Counted from the stretch's first letter, positions 37,173 to 47,630 are shown. The stretch: 47,630 bases of DNA from an archaeon BMS3Bbin15 (GCA_002897955.1 BDTY01000099.1:1-47630), one strand, 5' to 3'. Notes: generated by a model not told the origin, from the letters alone. Numbers and translations: made by a program.

Positions 37173-37820
37173 ATGAATTTTGATATGCATCTCCACAGTA
37201 TTTTTTCAGATGGAGAGCTCCTACCCAGTGAGATAGCAAGGCGTTATGCAGAAAAGGGCTTTGAAGCCATAGCCATAACTGACCATGCTGACGGAAGTAA
37301 TATGGAATTTATTCTAAAACACCTTCTCAGAGCAAAAGGAGAGCTTCAGGGACATGGCATAAAAGTTCTAATCGGGATAGAACTTACCCACCTTCCACCT
37401 GACCTGATTCCAGGGTTTGCTGTTAAGGCAAAGAAGCTTGGTGCAGAGGTTGTTGTTGTCCACGGAGAAACTATTGTCGAACCTGTAGCCAGAGGCACAA
37501 ATAGCGCAGGGGTTTCAACACCCGAGGTGGATATTCTTTCTCATCCGGGCTTAATAACCGTGGAAGAGGCAGAACTCGCCAGAGAAAATGGAATTTTTCT
37601 CGAGCTCTCAGCAAGGAAGGGGCACTGCCTTGCCAATGGGCATGTCGCAAGGGTTGCCGAGGAAGTTAAAGGAGAACTGCTGGTGAATACTGATTCCCAT
37701 GCCCCGGAGGACATAATTTCACCAGAGAATATACTTAATGTAGCTTTAGCTTCAGGTTTGAGCGATAAATATTCCAGAATAATTACTGCTGTTAATCCAA
37801 AAAGATTAATAGTTGATTAG
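37173..37820 (+). CDS. PHP-family phosphatase (archaeal histidinol-phosphatase-like)
   Basis: DMHLHSIFSDGELLPSE, AITDH, VHGETIVEPV, HPG, NTDSH. Confidence 0.9.
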   Translation: MNFDMHLHSIFSDGELLPSEIARRYAEKGFEAIAITDHADGSNMEFILKHLLRAKGELQGHGIKVLIGIELTHLPPDLIPGFAVKAKKLGAEVVVVHGETIVEPVARGTNSAGVSTPEVDILSHPGLITVEEAELARENGIFLELSARKGHCLANGHVARVAEEVKGELLVNTDSHAPEDIISPENILNVALASGLSDKYSRIITAVNPKRLIVD

Positions 37821-37830
37821 GAGGGTTATT

Positions 37831-38103
37831 ATGCAGCCTCTGGGTGAATTCATTCATATCAGTGGTACAGGCACATTAATTTTCAGGGGAAAAAGTTATC
37901 CACCTATGTCCAGCAATGTCATCACAAAGACCGGTATTATAATTGGTAAGGTTGTTGATGTCATAGGCCCTGTTTCATACCCCTACTTTGTTATAAGGCC
38001 TGAAATTAAGCTTACTGAGAGGCTTGTGAGCGAAATAAAATCCTATGGATTATTTATATTAAAAGATAAAAGGAGGAGTTCAGCTGGGAGGAACGAATCT
38101 TGA
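37831..38103 (+). CDS. gar1: H/ACA RNP component Gar1
   Basis: [24 protein letters not shown] 37831 after SD AGGAGG; directly upstream of tfb as usual in euryarchaea. Confidence 0.88.
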   Translation: MQPLGEFIHISGTGTLIFRGKSYPPMSSNVITKTGIIIGKVVDVIGPVSYPYFVIRPEIKLTERLVSEIKSYGLFILKDKRRSSAGRNES

Positions 38104-39007
38104 TGAATGCCCTGAGTGTGGGAGCCGGAGTCTATCTCATGATACAGAGAGGGCTGAAGTAGTATGCAATGGGTGCGGACTTGTTGTTAGTGAGGCACTG
38201 TTAGACAATGGGCCTGACTGGCGGGCTTTTGACAATGAACAGATGAATAAGAGAAGTCATACAGGTGCACCTCTAACTTATACTCTCCATGACCTTGGTA
38301 TGAGTACTGTTATAGACTGGCGCAACAAGGATGCATCGGGCAGAGAAATTTCTTCAGCCAGTAAAGCTCAGATGTACCGTCTCAGGAAGTGGCAGCAGCG
38401 TATAAGGGTTAGCAATTCATTGGAGAGAAACCTTGCCCGGGCACTAACTGAAATGGATGCCCTCTCTTCTCGCCTTGACCTGCCAAAAAATGTAAGGGAA
38501 ATGGCAGCCAAAATTTACAGGAGGGCTGTTGAAAAAGGACTTACAAGGGGCAGGAGTATAGAAGGAGTAAGTGCCGCATCAATATACTTTGCCTGCAGAC
38601 AGTACGGTGTGCCGAGAACTCTTGACGAAATTTCAGATACAGCAAGACTAAATAGAAAGGAAATAGGAAAGACATACAGGTTTGTTGCAAGAGAACTGGG
38701 CCTTAACCCAAGACCTTCTTCACCTCTTGATTATATTGAAAGATTCGGAAGTGAGCTGAGGTTAAGTGGAGAGGTAAGAAGTAAAGCCAGAGAGATAGTA
38801 ATTCAGGCAATAAAGCAAATGGGGGTTACATCAGGCAGAGGGCCGACTGGAATATGTGCTGCAGCCCTGTACATTGCTTCCGTAATTCTCGGAGAAAGAA
38901 AAACTCAGAAAGAAGTGGCTCATGTGACAGGCGTAACTGAAGTAACAATCCGCAACAGATATAAAGAGATGGTTGAAAAGCTCAATCTTGATGTTGCAAT
39001 TCAATAA
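38084..39007 (+). CDS. tfb: Transcription initiation factor IIB (full length including Zn ribbon; probable CTG start)
   Basis: Frame of track ORF 38243 extends upstream as ...DECPECGS...VVCNGCGLV...GPDWRAF; cyclin repeats with [23 protein letters not shown]. Confidence 0.93.
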   Translation: MGGTNLDECPECGSRSLSHDTERAEVVCNGCGLVVSEALLDNGPDWRAFDNEQMNKRSHTGAPLTYTLHDLGMSTVIDWRNKDASGREISSASKAQMYRLRKWQQRIRVSNSLERNLARALTEMDALSSRLDLPKNVREMAAKIYRRAVEKGLTRGRSIEGVSAASIYFACRQYGVPRTLDEISDTARLNRKEIGKTYRFVARELGLNPRPSSPLDYIERFGSELRLSGEVRSKAREIVIQAIKQMGVTSGRGPTGICAAALYIASVILGERKTQKEVAHVTGVTEVTIRNRYKEMVEKLNLDVAIQ

Positions 39008-39012
39008 TCTTT

Positions 39013-40344
39013 CTAAATTATAAAAATCTCCACATAGAGGAACAATCCAGATATAAAGATAGATATAAATGTGAGAGGAGCACCGTATTTAAAAAACTCC
39101 TTAAAAGATATTGGATGTCCCATTCGTTCGCTTACACCAGCCACAACTATATTGGCTGAAGCACCAATCAGTGTTCCATTTCCTCCAAGGCATGCACCAA
39201 GGGCGAGTGCCCACCAGAGAGGGTTTGTATTGAGATGTGCAATCTGCGAGACAAGTGCAGGACTGGAACTCATACTTTTAACCAGCGGCACCATTGCGAC
39301 TGTGAAGGGTATATTATCCACTATTGCACTTATTATAGCAGAGGTCCAGAGTATCACAAACATTGCAACAATAAGATTGCCGTGAGTCATATTTACAGCA
39401 ATACTTGCAGCTTTCTGTATCAGGCCAGCCTCTTCCACTCCCTTGACTATTATAAATATACCAGCAAAAAATAGAAGAACACTCCACTCCACCTGATGAA
39501 GTGCCTTATCAGGATGCTGGCGGGTAAGAATCAGTAGCAGGGCTGCACCGAGAAGAGCAACTGTGGAAGGCTGGAGATGCAACCAGGAATGAAGAAAAAA
39601 TAGGATAATAACAAGAAAAATGACAGAAAGGGATTTTTTCAGAAGCCTGTAGTCTTTAATCATATCCCATTCGTTCATATTCAGAATATCTTTAATGTTT
39701 TCAGGTTTTTTTGATAGTTGCTCTCTGAATGCATATTTGAGAAACACGAGCGAGAATATAAGCACAAAAAAGATAATGGGGGTGAGATGTATAATAAATT
39801 CATTGAAGCTCAGTCCTGCACCACTGCTGATTATCATATTTGGCGGGTCGCCTATGAGGGTGGCCGTTCCTCCTATATTCGAGGCAAATATCTCAGATAT
39901 CAGAAAGGGAACAGGGTCCATATCCAGTTTCTTTGCTATACTTATGGTTATAGGGGCCATAAGCAAAACTGTTGTAACATTATCCAGAAAGGCAGAGATA
40001 ATAGCTGTGATAATTGCAAATAAAAGTATAATCTTTACAGGGTCGCCCTTTGAGAGCTTGGCAGTTTTTACTGCAATAAACTCAAATATACCAGTGTCTT
40101 TAAGTATCCCAACAATAATCATCATTCCGAGAAGAAGACCTATGGTATTCCAGTCCACAGCTTCAGCCACAAAACTTGAGCCTGTTGGATATATACTTCT
40201 GTTAATAAGCCCGAAGCTGGGGCCCAGAGCAATTATAAGAACTCCACCTGCGAGGGCAACAACAGTACGGTGAATCTTTTCTGAAATAATTAAAGCATAG
40301 GATATTATAAGAACCGCGGCTGCAAATATCTGGGCTGGATCCAT
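39013..40344 (-). CDS. ArsB/NhaD-family ion transporter
   Basis: SAFLDNVTTV, SNIGGTATLIGDPPN, VDNIP, GGNGTLIGASAN; many TM segments. Confidence 0.92.
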   Translation of the reverse strand: MDPAQIFAAAVLIISYALIISEKIHRTVVALAGGVLIIALGPSFGLINRSIYPTGSSFVAEAVDWNTIGLLLGMMIIVGILKDTGIFEFIAVKTAKLSKGDPVKIILLFAIITAIISAFLDNVTTVLLMAPITISIAKKLDMDPVPFLISEIFASNIGGTATLIGDPPNMIISSGAGLSFNEFIIHLTPIIFFVLIFSLVFLKYAFREQLSKKPENIKDILNMNEWDMIKDYRLLKKSLSVIFLVIILFFLHSWLHLQPSTVALLGAALLLILTRQHPDKALHQVEWSVLLFFAGIFIIVKGVEEAGLIQKAASIAVNMTHGNLIVAMFVILWTSAIISAIVDNIPFTVAMVPLVKSMSSSPALVSQIAHLNTNPLWWALALGACLGGNGTLIGASANIVVAGVSERMGHPISFKEFFKYGAPLTFISIFISGLFLYVEIFII

Positions 40345-40431
40345 ATTCCTCAGTCTCCATAACACTAATATTTAGAAGATTATATATTTGTTTGGTATTA
40401 TTTATGTTTTTCAAAGATACTTCAGAACTTT

Positions 40432-40938
40432 ATGGTTATCCCGTCATATAATATAAAAAGAAAGGTAATGAAAATGAGATTCTACACCCATATTGCAGCA
40501 GCTATTATATTTTACGTTATAACTTTCAGATTTTTAGGTTTACATTTGAGTTTAACTCTGGCAGGAGTTTCTCTTATTGCCTCTCTCCTGCCCGATATAG
40601 ACACACCAAGGTCCATCAGTGGTAGAATGTTTCACCCATTATCTTCTATATTAAAAGCAGTTTTTGGACATAGAGGGATTACCCATTCCATTCTTTCCCT
40701 GTTTTTACTCACTGCTTTATTATTCAAATACTCAGATATACAGTTTTCTATTTCATTCTTTACAGGTTATTCAAGCCATATAATACTTGATATGCTTGGT
40801 GGGGGAGTAAGACTATTGTATCCTTACAGGAAAAAATACAGACTGACTGGAAAAAGAATAAAAAAAGGAGAAGAACCAGTCTTTGCTTTCCTTTTATTCC
40901 TACTTGCCTTTATACTTATAAAAACCATCACTCCTTGA
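40432..40938 (+). CDS. Membrane-bound metal-dependent hydrolase (YdjM/DUF457)
   Basis: TH, SLLPDID, HRGITHS, GYSSHIILD; real start may be 40468 or 40474. Confidence 0.9.
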   Translation: MVIPSYNIKRKVMKMRFYTHIAAAIIFYVITFRFLGLHLSLTLAGVSLIASLLPDIDTPRSISGRMFHPLSSILKAVFGHRGITHSILSLFLLTALLFKYSDIQFSISFFTGYSSHIILDMLGGGVRLLYPYRKKYRLTGKRIKKGEEPVFAFLLFLLAFILIKTITP

Positions 40939-41863
40939 ACAGGGCTGAAAGTTCCTTTTCTCTCTCTTCAGCAAGACTGTTAATTACTTTCTCTATATTT
41001 TCAACCATCTTATCAAAGGCTTCCTTTGTTGCGCCTTCGCCGGATGTTATAAAGGGTTCACCAGAGTCACTGGCCTCAGCAACTGCCTGGTCGATTGGTA
41101 TCCTGCCGAGAAGAGGTACCTTCAACTCCTCTGCAGCCCTTTCGCCACCGCCCCGCTTGAAAATATATGTGATTTCGCCGCAGTGGGGACAGACAAAACC
41201 GCTCATATTCTCGATTATACCAATAATAGGCACCCTCATAATCTTTGCCATATCCACACTTCTTCGTGTATCCAGAACAGCAACCTCCTGAGGTGTTGTA
41301 ACTGTTATTATTCCATCCATCTCTGGAAGAAGCTGCATTATGCTCAGAGCTTCATCTCCTGTGCCTGGAGGAAGGTCAATTAGAATATAATCAAGCTCGC
41401 CCCACACAATATCAGTCAGAAATTGCTCTATTACTCCCATTATAACGGGCCCTCTCCATATAATTGCCTCATCCTGAGGGGCAAGAAATGCCATGGAAAT
41501 AACCTTTATACCATCCTTTTCAGGCGGGAACAACCCTGCAGGTGTGGAGTAGAGTTCCGGATTTTCAACACCCATCATTTTTGCAACATTCGGAGCTGTT
41601 ACATCAGCATCAAGAATACCAACTCTATGACCCTTATTTGCCAGAGCCTTTGCAAGATTAACAGTTACAGTTGTTTTTCCCACACCACCTTTACCAGACA
41701 TTACAGCTATTTTATGCTTTATATGCTTCATTCTCCCCTTTGTAGCCTGAACCTGCTCATCAAATAGAGCATCAGCATCCACAGGGGCATCTGAGGAACA
41801 GCTTGAACATTCACTATCCTCTTCGCCTGTTGAACATGTACCTGTACCGCATGTATGACCCAT
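40928..41863 (-). CDS. Mrp/NBP35 (ApbC) Fe-S cluster carrier ATPase
   Basis: SGKGGVGKT, WRGP, DLPPGTGD, TTPQ, ENMSGFVCPHC; Cys-rich N-terminus. Confidence 0.96.
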   Translation of the reverse strand: MGHTCGTGTCSTGEEDSECSSCSSDAPVDADALFDEQVQATKGRMKHIKHKIAVMSGKGGVGKTTVTVNLAKALANKGHRVGILDADVTAPNVAKMMGVENPELYSTPAGLFPPEKDGIKVISMAFLAPQDEAIIWRGPVIMGVIEQFLTDIVWGELDYILIDLPPGTGDEALSIMQLLPEMDGIITVTTPQEVAVLDTRRSVDMAKIMRVPIIGIIENMSGFVCPHCGEITYIFKRGGGERAAEELKVPLLGRIPIDQAVAEASDSGEPFITSGEGATKEAFDKMVENIEKVINSLAEEREKELSALFKE

Positions 41864-42077
41864 ATTTAAATCCTCCTTTTTTTTACTTTCAGTTATAATA
41901 TTCCCAGAGTAAAAGATTATAAAATAACCCGATATGCAACTTAAAAGGGTTTACAGGTTAAGTATGGTAATTAATTGCCATTTCGATTAGAATGAAACCA
42001 GAGGAAAACTGCCCCGGACAACAGATAAACGTAAAATTTATATGTTCTTTCGTTCTTATATATAATTGGTGATAGAG

Positions 42078-42515
42078 ATGTGGAGGGACACTTTTGAGGA
42101 ACTCAGAAATATGGAAAGAAGAATTAACCAGCTTTTTGAGGAACTCTTGGGAGAGAGGATTGGACTACCAGCTACTCCTGCAAAGCTGGGTGTGAGAGAA
42201 CCGTATGCCGACATAATGGAAACTGACAGAGAAGTTAAAGTGACTATCGAGATACCGGGTGTGGATAAGAAGGACATAAATATAAATGCAACAAAAAATA
42301 GTCTTGAAGTCAGTGCCGAGATGAAAAAAGAGGAGGAAGAAGAAAAGGAGGGATATGTGAGGAGAGAGAGGAGATACAACAAGTACTACAGAGCTTTCGC
42401 ACTGCCTGAAGAGGTGGAACCAACCAAAGCTAAAACAACATTCAAAAATGGGATACTGCAGATTGTACTACCAAAGAAAAGGATTGAAAAGAGAACCACC
42501 ATAAAAGTTGAGTAG
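42078..42515 (+). CDS. Small heat-shock protein Hsp20
   Basis: PYADIME, EIPGVDKKDI, RER, LPEEV, FKNGILQIVLPK; ATG 42078 after SD GGTGA. Confidence 0.95.
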   Translation: MWRDTFEELRNMERRINQLFEELLGERIGLPATPAKLGVREPYADIMETDREVKVTIEIPGVDKKDININATKNSLEVSAEMKKEEEEEKEGYVRRERRYNKYYRAFALPEEVEPTKAKTTFKNGILQIVLPKKRIEKRTTIKVE

Positions 42516-42670
42516 GTAGGCTTTTTCCTTTTAAAAAATTTTATATTTTTTATTTTTAGAAAATTTCAGAGAATGGAGTAGGGCTTCTGAAGTAATGGAT
42601 TTCAGAAATTATTCATCAGGGTAAAACATTTAAATAACATAAAGTTAGTAAAATAAAAGGAGGTTATTAC

Positions 42671-42934
42671 ATGGATAAACAAATACTTATTGAGCTCTTT
42701 ACTTCTCCGACATGTCCGTACTGTCCAAAAGCAAAGGAGATTTCTGAGAGAATAGTCAAAGAGCTTCCAAATGCCCTTCTCATAGAAAGAGATGTCACTG
42801 TAAATGAGAATGCTGAAATAGCAAGAAAATACAGTATACAGGGTGTGCCTACAATGATAATAAACGGTGCTTACAGAATTGTTGGTGTGCCCAGCTCTGA
42901 AATAAAAGTTATAAACTATCTGAAACAGATATAA
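42671..42934 (+). CDS. Thioredoxin/glutaredoxin-like redox protein
   Basis: FTSPTCPYCP, GVPT; SD GGAGG. Confidence 0.93.
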   Translation: MDKQILIELFTSPTCPYCPKAKEISERIVKELPNALLIERDVTVNENAEIARKYSIQGVPTMIINGAYRIVGVPSSEIKVINYLKQI

Positions 42935-42954
42935 ATATAGGAGAGGCGGTATAA

Positions 42955-45150
42955 ATGAAAGACTTAGAACTGAAAGTGGCAGAAGCCAGGTCTAACGATG
43001 TTGGGAGAGGCATAGCAAGAATTGACCCTCTCGTTATGGATAAACTGGGAATAACAACTGGTGATGTCGTTCAGATTACAGGTAAAAAAAGTACTGTTGC
43101 AATATGCTGGCCAGGTTATCCTGAAGATGAGGGTTTCGGGATAATCAGAATTGACGGGTTCGCAAGAAGGAATGCAGGCATAGGTATTGACGACAAAGTA
43201 AGGATAAAGAAAATAGAGCCAAAAATCGCCACAAAGGTTAAGCTTGCTCCAACTGAGCCGCTGAGAATAGTGGGCGGTGAAACATATCTAAAATCATATC
43301 TTGAGAACAGAGCTATAGCCAGGGGCGACATTATTGATTTAAATATAATGGGAAGGAAGATTGGCCTGGTAGCTGTAGCAATCCAGCCCCGTGCTGATGC
43401 AGTGATAATAAACTATTCAACAGAGATTGAAATAAGTGAAAAACCTGCAGGTGAGATTAAAGAGTCAAAAATTCCCAGAGTTGCTTATGAAGATATAGGC
43501 GGCCTCAGAGAGGAAATAAGAAAAGTCAGAGAAATGATAGAGCTTCCTCTCAAATATCCTGAGGTTTTTGAGCGCCTCGGTGTGGAAGCTCCCAAGGGTG
43601 TGCTCCTTTATGGCCCACCAGGCACAGGCAAAACACTCCTTGCCAGAGCAGTCGCAAATGAGACAGATGCCGACTTCCACAGTATATCCGGCCCGGAAAT
43701 AATGAGCAAATTTTACGGGGAAAGTGAGGAGAACCTCAGGAAGGTATTCGAGGAAGCAAAGGAGAATGCTCCAAGTATAATTTTCATTGATGAACTGGAT
43801 GCAATAGCTCCTAAAAGAGAGGAGGTAACTGGCGAGGTTGAGCGCAGAGTTGTTGCCCAGCTTCTCTCACTTATGGATGGCCTTGAAAGCAGAGGAGAAG
43901 TTGTTGTCATAGGTGCAACAAACAGGCCTGATGCCATAGACCCTGCTCTGAGAAGACCCGGCAGGTTTGACAGGGAGATAGTAATAGGCGTGCCTGACAG
44001 AAATGCAAGAAAGGAAATTCTGCAGATTCACACAAGAGGTATGCCCCTTCCAGAGGACGAAGAAGAGAAAACAAAAATAATAGAACACTTTGCTAACAAG
44101 ACCCATGGCTTTGTTGGTGCAGATTTAGAGGCACTCTGTAAAGAGGCTGCCATGCGCTCTCTCAGAAGAATACTCCCTGAGATAGACTTTGAGCTTGAAA
44201 CAATACCTGCTGACATACTTGAAAAGATTCAGGTCGGCTATAATGACTTTCAGGAAGCTTTCATGGACATAGAACCCAGTGCCATGCGTGAAGTTCTTGT
44301 TGAAGTGCCTGATGTAAACTGGAGTGATATAGGTGGTCTTGATGATGCAAAACAGGAACTCAAGGAAGCTGTTGAGTGGCCTCTTAAGTATCCCGAGATT
44401 TTTGAATACATGGATGCCAGCCCTCCAAATGGTATTCTCCTCTTTGGCCCACCAGGTACAGGTAAAACAATGCTTGCGAAAGCAGTGGCAAATGAGAGTG
44501 AAGCCAACTTTATAAGTGTTAAAGGTCCGGAGTTTCTGAGCAAGTGGGTTGGAGAGAGCGAAAAAGCAGTACGAGAGACATTCAAAAAGGCGAGGCAGGC
44601 CGCACCCTGTGTTGTATTCATGGATGAGATAGACTCAATAGTTCCTGCAAGAGGGGCTGGTTTGGGCTCTCATGTAACAGAAAGGGTTGTGAGTCAGATT
44701 CTGACTGAACTGGACGGTCTTGAAGAGCTTCGTGGTGTTGTTGTTATAGGTGCAACAAATAGGCCTGACATTATAGACCCGGCTCTTCTCAGACCAGGTA
44801 GATTCGACAGGCTTGTGTATATACCCCCACCAGATAAAAAAGCCAGATTGGAAATATTTAAACTCCATACAAAAAATAAACCTCTTGCAGAAGATGTGAA
44901 CTTTGAAGAGATGGTAGAGAACACAGAAGGCTATACCGGTGCTGATATAGCATCAGTATGCAACGAGGCTGTTATGCTGGCTATAAGGGAATTTATTAAA
45001 GAAGGAAAGACTCTTGAAAAGGAAACTGTAAAGAAGCAGCTAATGCTCCACAAGAAACACTTCGAATCTGCAATCAAGAAGATAAGAAGTATCAGCAAGG
45101 AAGAACTCAGGAGTTATGAAGAAGTTGCAAAGAAGTTCCATGAGGCATGA
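42955..45150 (+). CDS. cdc48: CDC48/VAT AAA+ ATPase, paralog 1
   Basis: N domain ([10 protein letters not shown]), two AAA modules with GPPGTGKT, Walker B and RPGRFD. Confidence 0.97.
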   Translation: MKDLELKVAEARSNDVGRGIARIDPLVMDKLGITTGDVVQITGKKSTVAICWPGYPEDEGFGIIRIDGFARRNAGIGIDDKVRIKKIEPKIATKVKLAPTEPLRIVGGETYLKSYLENRAIARGDIIDLNIMGRKIGLVAVAIQPRADAVIINYSTEIEISEKPAGEIKESKIPRVAYEDIGGLREEIRKVREMIELPLKYPEVFERLGVEAPKGVLLYGPPGTGKTLLARAVANETDADFHSISGPEIMSKFYGESEENLRKVFEEAKENAPSIIFIDELDAIAPKREEVTGEVERRVVAQLLSLMDGLESRGEVVVIGATNRPDAIDPALRRPGRFDREIVIGVPDRNARKEILQIHTRGMPLPEDEEEKTKIIEHFANKTHGFVGADLEALCKEAAMRSLRRILPEIDFELETIPADILEKIQVGYNDFQEAFMDIEPSAMREVLVEVPDVNWSDIGGLDDAKQELKEAVEWPLKYPEIFEYMDASPPNGILLFGPPGTGKTMLAKAVANESEANFISVKGPEFLSKWVGESEKAVRETFKKARQAAPCVVFMDEIDSIVPARGAGLGSHVTERVVSQILTELDGLEELRGVVVIGATNRPDIIDPALLRPGRFDRLVYIPPPDKKARLEIFKLHTKNKPLAEDVNFEEMVENTEGYTGADIASVCNEAVMLAIREFIKEGKTLEKETVKKQLMLHKKHFESAIKKIRSISKEELRSYEEVAKKFHEA

Positions 45151-45152
45151 TG

Positions 45153-45174
45153 AGGGTGTATTCCACCCTTTTTT
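45153..45174 (+). terminator. Hairpin plus T-tract after cdc48 paralog 1
   Basis: AGGGTG-TATTC-CACCCT followed by TTTTT, starting 3 nt after the stop. Confidence 0.6.
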
Positions 45175-45216
45175 AAATTTTTACCAGTAACTTCAAATAT
45201 ACCGAAGTCTTATTTA

Positions 45217-45240
45217 TAAACGAAATAAATTTATATTTAT
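45217..45240 (+). promoter_or_regulatory. BRE/TATA-like promoter of cdc48 paralog 2
   Basis: AAACGAAATAAA-TTTATAT upstream of SD GGTG and ATG 45275; similar ATAAACGTAAAA-TTTATAT precedes hsp20 at about 42025-42043. Confidence 0.5.
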
Positions 45241-45274
45241 GGGTCATAATACTTATCAATCGAAGGTGTGAGGA

Positions 45275-47461
45275 ATGCAGGTAGAGCTGAAAGTTGCAGA
45301 GGCAATGCAGAATGACGTGGGCAGAGGTATTATAAGGCTTGATACAAAAACCAGAGAGATTCTTGGAATTTCTACGGGAGATATTGTTGAGATTGATGGC
45401 AAAAGAAAAACTGTTGCGATTGTCTGGCGTGCCTATGCAGAGGATGAAGGTTTAGGAATAATAAGAATGGATGGAATCCTCAGGCAGAATGCTGAAGTTT
45501 CTCTTGGGGAAACTGTCAGTATTAAAAAGGCTGAAGCCAAAGATGTAAAAAAAGTAACAATTTCACCCAATCAGGCTATACGCTTTTCAGCAGGTTTTGG
45601 AGATTTTATAAAAAGAAGACTTCTCGGAAGACCTTTAATAAAGGGAGATAAGATTGTGGTCGGAGTTCTCGGCACAACCCTTCCTTTCACTGTAACCCAG
45701 ACTTACCCTTCAGGTATAGTCAAAGTGACTGATAAAACCCAGATAATTGTCAAGGAAGAGCCCATGAGAGAAAAGGCTGGAATACCCAGTATAGCCTATG
45801 AAGATATAGGTGGTCTCAAGGATGAAGTTCAGAAAATTCGCGAGTTGATTGAACTTCCCATGAAGCATCCCGAACTCTTCGAACACTTGGGCATAGAGCC
45901 GCCCAAGGGTGTGCTCCTTCATGGTCCACCGGGTACAGGTAAAACACTTATAGCCAGAGCAGTTGCAAATGAAACAAATGCATTCTTTATACCTCTAAAC
46001 GGCCCCGAAATAATGAGCAAATTCTACGGGGAAAGTGAAGAGAACCTCAGGAAGGTATTCAAAGAAGGAGAGGACAATGCTCCAAGTATTATTTTCATAG
46101 ATGAACTGGATGCCATAGCTCCGAAAAGAGAGGAGGTTCATGGTGAGGTTGAGCGCAGGGTTGTTGCCCAGCTTCTCTCACTGATGGATGGCCTTAAATC
46201 ACGTGGACGGGTTGTTGTCATAGGTGCAACAAATAGGCCTGATACAATTGACCCTGCTCTGAGAAGACCCGGCAGGTTTGACCGGGAGATAATAATAGGT
46301 GTGCCTGACAGAAATGCCAGAAAGGAAATTCTGCAGATTCATACAAGAGGCATGCCCCTAACAGAGGATGTTGACCTGGATGAATTCGCAGATATAACTC
46401 ACGGTTTTGTTGGTGCGGATTTAGAGGCACTGTGCAAAGAGGCTGCCATGAACACTCTCAGAAGAATCCTTCCAGAAATTGACCTTGAAGAGGAGACAGT
46501 GCCTCCGGATATACTTGAAAGCCTTGAGGTAACAAAGGAGGATTTCAAAGAAGCCTGGAAATCCATAGAACCCAGTGCTTTGAGAGAAGTTTATGTTGAA
46601 GTGCCCAATATAAAATGGGAAGATATAGGTGGTCTTTCAGATATCAAAGCTAAGCTCAGGGAAGCTGTTGAATGGCCAATAAAATATCCCGAAGCTTTTG
46701 TTAAGCTGGGAATCAAGCCAACCAAAGGTATTCTTCTTTTTGGCCCACCTGGCACAGGTAAAACAATGCTTGCAAAAGCAGTGGCAAATGAGACAGATGC
46801 CAACTTTATAAATGTCAAAGGCCCTGAAGTTCTCAGCAAATGGGTTGGTGAAAGTGAAAAAACAATGAGAGAGATATTCAAAAAAGCAAAGCATGCCGCA
46901 CCAACAGTCGTCTTCTTTGATGAGATAGATGCAATAGCAAGTACAAGAAGTGTTGAGGCTGGAACAAGGGTAAGTGAGAGAGTGTTGAATCAGCTTCTAA
47001 CTGAGATGGATGGTCTCGAAGAGCTTCACAATGTACTTATAATAGCAGCAACAAACAGACCGGATATCCTTGACCCTGCTCTTATAAGGCCTGGAAGATT
47101 TGACAAGATTCTACTTGTCCAGGCCCCAGATGAGAAGGCAAGAAGAGAGATATTTAAGGTTCATACGAGAGGCATGCCACTTAAAGATGATGTTAATCTC
47201 AAAGAGCTTGCAAAAGAGACAGAAAGCTTCTCAGGTGCAGATATAGAGGCTCTATGCAGGGAAGCTGCTCTACTGGCCATGAAAGAGGCTATAAAGAATG
47301 AGAATGAAAATCTGGATGACAAGAATGTGGAGAGAAGACACTTCAAGAAAGCTCTCAAACATGTAAGGCCAAGCACAACACCTGAGATGATAAAGAGTTA
47401 TGAGCAGTTTTTAAGAAGGTATGAAAGCAGAGAACTTGAGAAGCTTGTGTATATGGCATAG
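45275..47461 (+). CDS. cdc48: CDC48/VAT AAA+ ATPase, paralog 2
   Basis: N domain ([10 protein letters not shown]), two AAA modules with GPPGTGKT, Walker B and RPGRFD. Confidence 0.97.
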   Translation: MQVELKVAEAMQNDVGRGIIRLDTKTREILGISTGDIVEIDGKRKTVAIVWRAYAEDEGLGIIRMDGILRQNAEVSLGETVSIKKAEAKDVKKVTISPNQAIRFSAGFGDFIKRRLLGRPLIKGDKIVVGVLGTTLPFTVTQTYPSGIVKVTDKTQIIVKEEPMREKAGIPSIAYEDIGGLKDEVQKIRELIELPMKHPELFEHLGIEPPKGVLLHGPPGTGKTLIARAVANETNAFFIPLNGPEIMSKFYGESEENLRKVFKEGEDNAPSIIFIDELDAIAPKREEVHGEVERRVVAQLLSLMDGLKSRGRVVVIGATNRPDTIDPALRRPGRFDREIIIGVPDRNARKEILQIHTRGMPLTEDVDLDEFADITHGFVGADLEALCKEAAMNTLRRILPEIDLEEETVPPDILESLEVTKEDFKEAWKSIEPSALREVYVEVPNIKWEDIGGLSDIKAKLREAVEWPIKYPEAFVKLGIKPTKGILLFGPPGTGKTMLAKAVANETDANFINVKGPEVLSKWVGESEKTMREIFKKAKHAAPTVVFFDEIDAIASTRSVEAGTRVSERVLNQLLTEMDGLEELHNVLIIAATNRPDILDPALIRPGRFDKILLVQAPDEKARREIFKVHTRGMPLKDDVNLKELAKETESFSGADIEALCREAALLAMKEAIKNENENLDDKNVERRHFKKALKHVRPSTTPEMIKSYEQFLRRYESRELEKLVYMA

Positions 47462-47464
47462 ATT

Positions 47465-47630
47465 CTAATAGAACATCTTTTTCAATCTTTTAATTCTCTC
47501 CTCAGTTGGCGGATGTGTTGAGAATAGTTTTGCCATAGCCACCTTTTTGAATGGATTCACAATAAACATATGAGCCGTTGACGGATTGGCATTTTTCATC
47601 GGATTCCTTGCCACTCCCTTTTCAAGTTTT
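47465..47630 (-). CDS. htpX: HtpX zinc metalloprotease, C-terminal end (runs off window)
   Basis: Hand translation ...[27 protein letters not shown]...[15 protein letters not shown]...*. Confidence 0.9.
   Translation of the reverse strand, partial: KLEKGVARNPMKNANPSTAHMFIVNPFKKVAMAKLFSTHPPTEERIKRLKKMFY

Noticed and set aside
41790..41863. Cys-rich N-terminus of the Mrp/NBP35 protein as a novelty
   Set aside because: N-terminal Cys clusters are already known in archaeal and eukaryotic Nbp35 homologs
41864..42077. Known archaeal heat-shock repressor boxes (Phr or HSR1 type) upstream of hsp20
   Set aside because: No convincing match seen; only BRE/TATA-like elements
737..47376. Numerous 60-190 aa ORFs in the track that overlap confidently assigned genes (e.g. 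1544-2104, 10876-11355, 20158-20742, 39695-40273)
   Set aside because: Antisense or alternate-frame shadows of real genes, with no motifs
1..47630. CRISPR array, tRNA or rRNA genes
   Set aside because: No regularly spaced repeats, cloverleaf signatures or rRNA-like tracts seen in any intergenic gap

Overview
Archaeal (euryarchaeal-type) chromosomal segment. The mix of fwd, cofGH, mfnB, a methanopterin-type DHPS-like gene and ribosomal eL33 suggests an anaerobe with the H4MPT/methanofuran C1 pathway; a Hydrothermarchaeota-like lineage is a guess only. Core content: fumarate hydratase alpha/beta, an fwdFGDBAC formylmethanofuran dehydrogenase operon, cofG/cofH, tfe, gar1-tfb, hisB, prs, dph5, trm5, rpiA, lipid genes, and a proteostasis cluster (hsp20, thioredoxin, two tandem cdc48, htpX). 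Accessory content: (i) a complete IS1182 element with 17-bp TIRs, a TAAA duplication and an AbrB-like passenger gene, inserted in the loop of an IS200/IS605-end-like hairpin; (ii) a transposase-free VapBC cassette bracketed by an ~80-bp duplication of host sequence; (iii) an AT-rich restriction-modification island with an intact beta-class MTase, a wHTH regulator, a divergent 220-aa protein with no recognisable nuclease motif, and two MTase half-genes fused back to back at a 7-nt overlap. Other oddities: an FwdG-winged-helix fusion, a TFB whose Zn ribbon can only be made from a non-canonical (CTG) start, an orphan shortened A-ATPase subunit I, a pair of membrane-anchored coiled-coil paralogs, and strong GATC depletion. 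No tRNA, rRNA or CRISPR array was seen. All calls come from reading motifs by eye; no searches were run.
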